From the human T2T-CHM13v2.0 reference genome, Homo sapiens: a stretch of DNA of 64,000 nt. The stretch lies in assembly GCF_009914755.1 (NCBI RefSeq), contig NC_060940.1, one strand, 5' to 3'. Positions 53,401 through 64,000 of this stretch are shown piece by piece (position 1 is the stretch's first letter; each line of letters starts with the position of its first letter). Under the pieces are notes generated by a model that saw nothing but the letters and a program-made list of their open reading frames with translations, had not been told where the DNA came from and did not search any database. The translations under genes and the position numbers were made by a program.

Positions 53401-56303
53401 TCGATTTGGTGATTCCATTTGACTTCATTTGATGATGATTCCTTTCAAGTTCATTAGATGATTCCATTCGATTCCATTTGATGATGATCCCATTCCAGTC
53501 CATTCAGTGATTCCACTCGTTTCCATTCCATGATGATTCCATTCCATTCCATTCAATGACTCCATTCGATTCCGTTTGATGATGATTTCATTCGAGTCCA
53601 TTTGATGATTCCATTTGATTCCATTCGATGATGATTACATTCGAGTCCATACGATGATTCCACTCAATTCCATATGATGATGATTCCATTCGATTCCATT
53701 CGATGATTCCATTCTATTCTATTCAATGGTGATTCCATTCGAGTACATTAGATGATTCCATTCGATTCCATTCAATGATGATTCTATTTGTGTCCCTTAG
53801 ATGGTTCCACATGATTCCATTTCATGATGATACTATTTGAGCCCATCCAATGATTCCCTTCGTATCCATTCGATGAGGATTCCATTCGATTCAATTCATT
53901 GGTGATTCTATTCAATTCAATTCTTTGATTCCATTCCATTCCATTCGACAATGATTCCATTCGATTTCTTTCGATGATTCCACTCGATTCCACTTGACAT
54001 TGATTCCATTCGATTCCATTCAATGATTCCGTTTGATTCCAGTGGATGATGATTGCCATCGATTCCATTCGATCACTCCATTCTATTCCATTTGATGATG
54101 ATTACATTCGATTCCATTTGATGATTCCATCTGATTCTATTCGAGGATTCCATTTGATTCCATTCGATGATGATTCCATTCGAGTGCATTCGATGATTTC
54201 ATTCGAGTACATCCAATGATTCCATTCGAGTCCATTTGATGATTCCATTTAATTCCATTTGATTATGATTCGACTAGAGTCCATTCAATGACTCCATTCG
54301 AATCCATTCAACAATTCCATTCGAGGCCATTCGATGATTCCATTTCATGATTCCATTCGAGTCCATTTAATCATTACAGTCGAGTCCATTTGGTGATTCC
54401 ACTGGATTTCTTTTGATAATGATACCATTCAATTACATTTGATGATGATCCCATTCAATTTCATTTGATGGTGATTCCATTAGAGTCCATTCGATGATTT
54501 CATTCGAGTCCCTTCAGTGATTCCATCCGATTTCATTTGAGGATGACTCCATTCGAGTCCATTCGATGATTCCACTCGATTCCATCAGATGGTTCCATTG
54601 GAGTCCATTTGATTGTTCCATTCGATTCTATTCAATTCCTTTCGAAGATTATTCCATTTGAGTCCATTCGATGATGATTCCATTCCATTCCATTCGATGA
54701 TTCCGTTTGATTCCATTCGATGATTCCCTTCGATTCCTTTCTTTGATGATTCCATTCCATTCCATTCAATGATTCCATTCGAATCTATTCCATGATGATT
54801 CCTTTCGATTCCATTCGCTGATGTTTCCGTTCAATTCCATTCGATGATGATTCCATTCGATTCCATTCATTGAGGATTCCATTTGATTCCATTCAATGAT
54901 GATTCCGTTCTATTCCATTCAATGATTGCATTCAATTCCATTCAATGATTATCCCCTTAGAGTAAACTCAACGATTCCATTCAATACCATTCGATGATGA
55001 TTCCTTTTGAGTCCATTCAATGATTTCATTCAAGTCCATTTGATGATTCCTTTCAATTCCATTCTATGATGATTCCATTCGAGTCCATTCGATGATTCCA
55101 TTCGATTGCATTCGATGATTCCATTATATTCCATTCAACAATGATTCCATTCGAGTCCATTCGATGATTCCATTAGAGTACATTTAATGATTGCTTTGTT
55201 TTCAATTCGAAGATGATTACATTGGATTCCATTCTATGATACCATTCGATTCCATTCAATGATGATTCCACTCAAATCCATTGGATGATTCCATTCGTGT
55301 CCATTCGGTGATTTCATTAGATTCCATTCGAGGATGATTCCATTCGATTCCATTCGATGATTCCATTCAATTCCATTCGAGGATGATTCCATTCCAGTCC
55401 ATATGATCATTCCATTTGATTTCATTCGATGATGATTCCATTCGATTCCATTCGATGATTCCATTCTATTCCATTCGATGATGATTCCATTCGAGTCCAT
55501 TCGATGATTCCATTCGAGTCCATTTAATGATTCCATTGGGTTCAATTCAATGATGATTACATTGGATTCCGTTCTATGATTCCATTCAATTCCGTTCATT
55601 GACAATTTGATTCCATTCGATGATGATTCCATTTGAGTTCATTCGATGATTCTATTCGATTCTCTTCGATGGTGATTCAATTCTATTATATTGGATGATT
55701 CCATTCGATTCCATTTGATGTTGATTCAATTCGATTCTATTCGATGATGATTCCATTGGATTTCACTTGATGATTCTATTCGATTCCATTCAATGATGAT
55801 TCACTTCTCGTCCATTGGATGATTCCATTTCATTCCATTCGATGATGATTCCATTCGATTCCATTCGATGATTCCATTTGATTCCATGCGTCGGTGAGCA
55901 ATTCGATTCAATTCCATGATGATTCTATTTGATTCAATTAGATGATGTTTCCATTCGAATCCATTCCATGATTATTCCATTGGAATCCATTCGGCGATGA
56001 TTCCATATGAGTCAATTCAATGATGATTCAATATGGGTCCGTTCGATGATAATTCCATTTGATTTCATTCGGTGCTTCTATTCAATTCCAGTCGATGATG
56101 ATTCCGTTGGAGTCCATACGATGATTCCATTTGATTTCATTTGATGATGATTCCATTCGATGATGATTACATTGGATTCCATTCTATGATTCCATTCAAT
56201 TCCATTCGTTGATGATTCGATTCCATTCAATGATGATTCCATTTGAGTTCATTCGATGATTCTATTCGATTCCGTTCGATGGTGATTCAATTCTCTTATA
56301 TTG
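50464..56303 (+). repeat. Unit 10 (type T): 5,840 bp
   Basis: Landmark spacing 50599 to 56439. It has the same deletions as unit 4, lacks the 49-bp insertion and has an extra 13-bp deletion near 50940 (5902 - 49 - 13 = 5840). Confidence 0.86.
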
Positions 56304-59300
56304 GATGAATCCACTCGATTCCATTTGATGATTATTCCATTGGAGTCCACTTAGTGAATCCTTCAGATTCTACTCGAAGATGATTCCATTCAAGTCCATT
56401 CGATGATACCATTCAATTCCATTCGTTGATGCTTCCATTCAAGTGCATTCGATGATATCATTCGATTCCATTTGATGATAATTCCATTTGATTCCATGCG
56501 ATGATTCTATTCGATTCCATTCAATGATAATTCCATTCAGTTCAGTGATTCCTCTGGACTCCATTTGATGATGATTCCATTCAATGATTCCATTCGATTC
56601 TATTCGAAAGTGATTCCATTTGAATCCATTTGATGATGATTCCATTAGATTCCATTTGATGATTCCATTCGATTCCATGCGACGATGATTCCATTCGATT
56701 CCATGTGATGATTCCATTCTATTCTATTCGATGATGATTCCATTCGATTCCATTCGATGATGATTGGATTCGATTCCATTTGATGATATCATTTGATTCC
56801 ATTCGTTAATGATTTCGATCAATTCCATTCGATGATTCCATTCGATTCCATTCGATGATGATTGGATTTGATTCCATTTGATGATTTCATTTGATTCCAT
56901 TCGTTAATGATTTTGATCAATTCCATTCGATGATTCCATTCGATTCCATTCGATAATGATTACATCCGAGTCCATTCGATGATTCCATTTGAGCCTGTTC
57001 GATAATTCCTTTTGAGTCCAACCAATGATTCCATTCATTTCCATTCAATGATTCCATTCGAGTCCATTTGATCATTCCAGTAGGGTCCATTCGACGTTGA
57101 TTCCATTGGAGTGCATTCGATGATTCCATTCGAGTCCATTTTAGGATTTGATTCGAGTCCTTTCGATGATTCCATTCGATTCCACTCGATGATGATTTCA
57201 TTCGAGTCCATTCGACACTTCCAATCGATTCCATTTGATGTTTCCATTCGAGTCCAATTGATGATTCCATTCAATTCCATTCGATGATGATTCCGTACGA
57301 TTCCATTCTGTGATGATTCCATGTGATTGCATTCAATGATGATTCCTTTAGATTGCATTCGATTGTGATTCATTTCGTCTTCATTCTATGGTTCCACAGG
57401 TTTCCATTCGTGTCCATTCCATTATTCCATTCTATTCCATTTGATGATGATTCCATTCGATTCCATTCATTGGTGATTCCACTCAATTCCATTCAATGAT
57501 TCCATTCCATTACTTTCAACAATGATTCCATTAGTTTCTATTCGGTGATCCACTTGATTCCATTTGACGACGATTCCATTCGTGTCCATTCGATGATTCC
57601 ATTTGATTCCATATGATGATGATTCCATTCGATTCCATACGATGATGATTCCATTCGAGTCCATTCAATGGTGATTCCATTCAATTCCATTCGATGATTC
57701 CTTTCGATTCCATTCGATGATGATGGCATTCGATTCCTTTCAATCATTCCCTTTGATTCCATTCAAAGGTGATTTCATTCAAGTCCATTCGATAATTGCA
57801 TTCGATTCCATTCTATGATGATTCCATTCGAGTCCATTTGATGATTCCATTCAATTCAAGTCAATGATGATTCCATTCGATTCCATTCGATGATTCCATT
57901 GGATTCCATTCGATGATGATTCCATTCAAATCCATTCGATAATTCAATTCAAGTCCATTCGATGATGATTAAAATCGAATCCATTCAAAGATTCCATTCA
58001 GTTCCATTCGATGATTCCCTTAGATTCCATTCGATGATTCCACTTGATTTCATTTACGATGATTCCATTCGATTCCATGTGATGATTCCATTCAATTCTA
58101 TTCAATGCTGTTTCCATTTCTTTCCATTCGACCATGATTGCCTTTGATTCCATTCAATGACTCCATTCGGTTCCTTTTGATGATGATTCCGTTCGATTCC
58201 ATTTCATTATTCCATTTGATTCCATTGGATGAGTCCATTCGATTACATTCGATGATTATTCCATTCGAGTGCATTAGATGATTCCATTCGAGTCCATTCG
58301 ATGATTCCATTCGATTCCATTCGATGTTGATTCTGTTCAAATCCATTCGATGATTCCACTCGATTCCATTCGATGACTCCAGTTGATCCCATTCGATGAT
58401 TTCCTTTGATTCCCTTTGATGATCATTCCATTTGATTCAATTCGGTGATTTCATTTGATTCCATTCAGTGATGTTTCCATTCGACTCCATTCGATGATGA
58501 TTCCATTCGACTCCATTCGATTATGATTTCATTCAATTCCATTCGATAATGATTCCCTTCGAGTCCATTCGATGATTCCATTCGATTCCATTCAACGATG
58601 ATTTGATTCGTGTCCATTCGATGATTCCATTTGATTCCACTTGATGATGATTCCATTCGAGTCCATTTGATGATTCCATTCAATTCCATTCTCCGATGAT
58701 TTCTTTTGAGCCCATTCAATGCTTCCACTCGATTCCATATGATGATGACTCCATTCGATGAAATTCGATGATGATTCCATTCGCTTGCATTCGATGATGA
58801 TTCCACTTGAGTCCATTAGAAGATTCTATTCAATTACATTCCATGACGATTCCGTTCGAGTCCATTTGATGATTCCATTAGACTCCATTCGACGATGATT
58901 CCATTCGATGTTATTCGATGATTCCATTCGATCTCATTCGATGATGATTCCATTCAACTCCATTCGATGTTTCCATTCGAGTTCATTCTATTATTCCATT
59001 AGATTCCATTCGATGATGATTCCATTCGATTCCATTTGATGATTGCATTCTATTTCATTTGATGATGATTCCATTCGAGTCCACTCGATGATTCCATTCG
59101 AGTCCATTTAATGAATCCATTGGTTTCAATTCTATGATGATTACATTGGATTCCATTCGTTGATGATTTCATTCGGTTCCATTCAATGATGATTCCATTC
59201 AATTCCTTTCAATGTTTCCATTCAATTCCATACGATGATGATTCCATTTGATTTGATTCGACAGTGAGCCATTCGATTCAATTCCATGATGATTCTATTT

Positions 59301-62300
59301 GATTCCATTGGTTGACATTTCCATTCGATTCCATTCGATGATGATTCCCTTTGATTCCATTCAAAGATGATTCCATTCTAGCCCATTCAATCATTCCATT
59401 CGAATCTATTCAATGATGATTCCATTCATGTCGATTTGGTGATTCCATTTGACTTCATTTGATGATGATTCCTTTCAAGTTCATTAGATGATTCCATTCG
59501 ATTCCATTTGATGATGATCCCATTCGAGTCCATTCAGTGATTCCACTCGTTTCCATTCCATGATGATTCCATTCCATTCCATGCAATGATTCCATTCGAT
59601 TCCGTTTGATGATGATTTCATTCGAGTCCATTTGATGATTCCATTTGATTCCATTCGATGATGATTCCATTCGAGTCCATTCGATGATTCTATTCGAATC
59701 CATTTGATGATTTCTTTTGATTATAGTTGGTGATGATTCCATTGGAGTCCATTCAATGATTCCATTCGATTCCAATCGATGGTGATTCCATTAGAGTCCA
59801 TTTAATGATTCCATTTGATTCCAGTCTCTGATGATTACATTCGAGTCCATACGATGATTCCACTCAATTCCATATCATGATGATTCCATTCGATTCCATT
59901 CGATGATTCCATTCTATTCTATTCAATGGTGATTCCATTCGAGTACATTAGATGATTCCATTCGATTCCATTCAATGATGATTCTATTTGTGTCCCTTAG
60001 ATGATTCCACATGATTCCATTAGATGATGATACTATTTGAGCCCATCCAATGATTCCCTTCGATTCCATTCGATGAGGATTCCATTCGATTCAATTCATT
60101 GGTGATTCTATTCAATTCAATTCTTTGATTCCATTCCATTCCATTCGACAATGATTCCATTCGATTTCTTTCGATGATTCCACTCGATTCCACTTGACAT
60201 TGATTCCCTTCGATTCCATTCAATGATTCCATTTGATTCCAGTGGATGATGATTGCCATCGATTCCATTTGATCACTCCATTCTATTCCACTTGATGATG
60301 ATTACATTCGATTCCATTTGACGATTCCATCTGATTCTATTCGAGGATTCCATTTGATTCCATTCGATGATGATTCCATTCGAGTCCATTCGATGATATC
60401 ATTCGAATACATCCAATGATTCCATTCGAGTCCATTTGATGATTCCATTTGATTCCATTTGATAATGATTCTACTAGAGTCCATTCAATGACTCCATTGG
60501 AGTCCATTCAACAATTCCATTCGACTCCATTTGATGATTCCATTGGATTCCATTTGATGATTCCATTCGAGTCCATTTAATCATTACAGTCGAGTCCATT
60601 TGGTGATTCCACCGGATTTCTTTTGATAATGATACCATTCAATTACATTTGATGATGATCCCATTCAATTTCATTTGATGATGATTCCATTAGAGTCTAT
60701 TCGATGATTTCATTCGAGTCCCTTCATTGATTCCATCCGATTTCATTGGATGATGACTCCATTCGAGTCCATTCGATGATTCCACTCGATTCCATTAGAT
60801 GATTCCATTGGAGTCCATTTCATTGTTCCATTCGATTCCATTCGATTCCTTTCGAAGATTATTCCATTTGAGTCCATTCGATGATGATTCCATTCCATTC
60901 CATTCGATGATTCCGTTTGATTCCATTCGATGATTCCCTTCGATTCCTTTCTTTGATGATTCCATTCCATTCCATTCAATGATTCCATTCGAATCTATTT
61001 CATGATGATTCCTTTCGATTCCATTCGCTGATGTTTCCGTTCAATTCCATTCGATGATGATTCCATTCGATTCCATTCATTGAGGATTCCATTTGATTCC
61101 ATTCAATGATGATTCCGTTCTATTCCATTCAATGATTGCATTCAATTCCATTCAGTGATTATCCCCTTAGAGTAAACTCAACGATTCCATTCAATACCAT
61201 TCGATGATGATTCCTTTTGAGTCCATTCAATGATTTCATTCAAGTCCATTTGATGATTCCTTTCAATTCCATTCTATGATGATTCCATTCGAGTCCATTC
61301 GATGATTCCATTCGATTGCATTTGATGATTACATTATATTCCAGTCAACGATGATTCCATTCGAGTCCATTCGATGATTCCATTAGAGTACATTTAATGA
61401 TTGCTTTGTTTTCAATTCGAAGATGATTACATTGGATTCCATTCTATGATACCATTCGATTCCATTCAATGATGATTCCACTCAAATCCATTGGATGATT
61501 CCATTCGTGTCCATTCGGTGATTTCATTAGATTCCATTCGAGGATGATTCCATTCGATTCCATTCGATGATTCCATTCAATTCCATTCGAGGATGATTCT
61601 ATTCCAGTCCATATGATCATTCCATTTGATTTCATTCGATGATGATTCCATTCGATTCCATTCGATGATTCCATTCTATTCCATTCGATGATGATTCCAT
61701 TCGAGTCCATTCGATGATTCCATTCGAGTCCATTTAATGATTCCATTGGGTTCAATTCAATGATGATTACATTGGATTCCGTTCTATGATTCCATTCAAT
61801 TCCGTTCATTGACAATTTGATTCCATTCGATGATGATTCCATTTGAGTTCATTCGATGATTCTATTCGATTCTCTTCGATGGTGATTCAATTCTATTATA
61901 TTGGATGATTCCATTCGATTCCATTTGATGTTGATTCAATTCGATTCTATTCGATGATGATTCCATTGGATTTCACTTGATGATTCTATTCGATTCCATT
62001 CAATGATGATTCACTTCTCGTCCATTGGATGATTCCATTTCATTCCATTCGATGATGATTCCATTCGATTCCATTCGATGATTCCATTTGATTCCATGCG
62101 TTGGTGAGCAATTCGATTCAATTCCATGATGATTCTATTTGATTCAATTAGATGATGTTTCCATTCGAATCCATTCCATGATTATTCCATTGGAATCCAT
62201 TCGGCGATGATTCCATATGAGTCAATTCAATGATGATTCCATATGGGTCCGTTCGATGATAATTCCATTAGATTTCATTCGGTGCTTCTATTCAATTCCA

Positions 62301-62513
62301 GTCGATGATGATTCCGTTGGAGTCCATACGATGATTCCATTTGATTTCATTTGATGATGATTCCATTCGATGATGATTACATTGGATTCCATTCTATGAT
62401 TCCATTCAATTCCATTCGTTGATGATTCGATTCCATTCAATGATGATTCCATTTGAGTTCATTCGATGATTCTATTCGATTCCGTTCGATGGTGATTCAA
62501 TTCTCTTATATTG
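56304..62513 (+). repeat. Unit 11 (type P): 6,210 bp = 6,112 + 98-bp duplication
   Basis: Landmark spacing 56439 to 62649. The ATTGGATT...GTTAATGATTT block occurs at both 56763 and 56861. It shares private variants with unit 1. Confidence 0.87.
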
Positions 62514-64000
62514 GATGAATCCACTCGATTCCATTTGATGATTATTCCATTGGAGTCCACTTAGTGAATCCTTCAGATTCTACTCGAAGATGATTCCATT
62601 CAAGTCCATTCGATGATACCATTCAATTCCATTCGTTGATGCTTCCATTCAAGTGCATTCGATGATATCATTCGATTCCATTTGATGATAATTCCATTTG
62701 ATTCCATGCGATGATTCTATTCGATTCCATTCAATGATAATTCCATTCAGTTCAGTGATTCCTCTGGACTCCATTTGATGATGATTCCATTCAATGATTC
62801 CATTCGATTCTATTCGAAAGTGATTCCATTTGAATCCATTTGATGATGATTCCATTAGATTCCATTTGATGATTCCATTCGATTCCATGCGACGATGATT
62901 CCATTCGATTCCATGTGATGATTCCATTCTATTCTATTCGATGATGATTCCATTCGATTCCATTCGATGATGATTGGATTCGATTCCATTTGATGATATC
63001 ATTTGTTTCCATTCGTTAATGATTTCGATCAATTCCATTCGATGATTCCATTCGATTCCATTCGATAATGATTACATCCGTGTCCATTCAGTGATTCCAT
63101 TTGAGCCTGTTCGATAATTCCATTTGAGTCCAACCAATGATTCCATTCATTTCCATTCAATGATTCCATTCGAGTCCATTTGATCATTCCGGTAGGGTCC
63201 ATTCGATGTTGATTCCATTGGAGTGCATTCGATGATTCCATTCGAGTCCATTTTACGATTTGATTCGAGTCCTTTCGATGATTCCATTCGATTCCACTCG
63301 ATGATGATTTCATTCGAGTCCATTCGACACTTCCAATCGATTCCATTTGATGTTTCCATTCGAGTCCAATTGATGATTCCATTCAATTCCATTCGATGAT
63401 GATTCCGTACGATTCCATTCTGTGATGATTCCATGTGATTGCATTCAATGATGATTCCTTTAGATTGCATTCGATTGTGATTCATTTCGTCTTCATTCTA
63501 TGGTTCCACAGGTTTCCATTCGTGTCCATTCCATTATTCCATTCTATTCCATTTGATGATGATTCCATTCGATTCCATTCATTGGTGATTCCACTCAATT
63601 CCATTCAATGATTCCATTCCATTTCTTTCAACAATGATTCCATTAGTTTCTAATCGATGATCCACTTGATTCCATTTGACGACGATTCCATTCTTGTCCA
63701 TTCGATGATTCCATTTGATTCCATATGATGATGATTCCATTCGATTCCATACCATGATGATTCCATTCGAGTCCATTCAATGGTGATTCCATTCAATTCC
63801 ATTCGATGATTCCTTTCGATTCCATTCGATGATGATGGCATTCGATTCCTTTCAATCATTCCCTTTGATTGCATTCAAAGGTGATTTCATTCAAGTCCAT
63901 TCGATAATTGCATTCGATTCCATTCTATGATGATTCCATTCGAGTCCATTTGATGATTCCATTCAATTCAAGTCAATGATGATTCCATTCGATTCCATTC
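62514..64000 (+). repeat. Unit 12, partial (5' part)
   Basis: The landmark ORF set at 62649-63874 repeats the head of the standard unit, and the window ends inside it. Confidence 0.85.

Larger units (their letters stand above)
1..64000 (+). repeat. Human satellite II (HSat2/HSATII) array, pericentromeric heterochromatin; probably the HSat2B-type ~6.1-kb repeat of chr16q (assignment inferred)
   Basis: The entire window consists of diverged CATTC repeats organised as ATTCCATTCGA(T/G)TCCATTCG followed by ATG or ATGATG (23/26-bp units). The frequent CATTCGATTC and GATGAT spacers distinguish it from HSat3, which has long pure (CATTC)n runs. No non-satellite stretch or strand switch was seen. The chromosome call rests only on the 6.1-kb period. 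Confidence 0.97.

Noticed and set aside
1100-63874. Well over 100 short minus-strand ORFs with MESSNGIEWNHR-like repetitive peptides
   Set aside because: They are translations of the GAATG strand, which is rich in ATG and poor in stop codons. They overlap in several frames, recur with the repeat period, gain and lose stops freely, and resemble no real protein family. I used them only as coordinate landmarks.
1-64000. CRISPR-like or other repeat-spacer array
   Set aside because: There are no unique spacers between constant repeats and no cas or other genes. The variation is point divergence of tandem satellite monomers.
1-64000. HSat3, alpha satellite or telomeric repeat identity
   Set aside because: There are no long pure (CATTC)n runs (only 2-3 consecutive copies locally), no 171-bp period and no TTAGGG arrays.
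1-64000. Inversion or strand switch within the array
   Set aside because: No GGAAT-oriented block was seen on the + strand, and orientation is uniform throughout.

Overview
The whole 64 kb window is one uninterrupted, single-orientation array of human satellite II (HSat2/HSATII), built from diverged 23-bp and 26-bp units of the form ATTCCATTCGATTCCATTCG(ATG)1-2, with the CATTC strand on +. Landmark spacings resolve to a 6,112-bp basic repeat once small indels are accounted for. From memory of the literature, that size points to the ~6.1-kb HSat2B repeat of chromosome 16q pericentromeric heterochromatin; I could not check this by alignment. I find no genes, RNA genes, transposons or CRISPR arrays, and all listed ORFs are translation artefacts of the satellite. 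I did not find a new biological system. The interest lies in the array architecture: (1) a 1,831-bp alternative segment present twice, giving 4.1-kb variant units that are each followed by a 5.8-5.9-kb unit; (2) an inferred ~22.2-kb four-unit higher-order period; (3) two recent tandem duplications of 4,899 and 6,079 bp with mappable junctions; (4) a templated 49-bp insertion; (5) mosaic units; (6) indels restricted to satellite sub-unit lengths. All comparisons were made by eye and from ORF-coordinate arithmetic.
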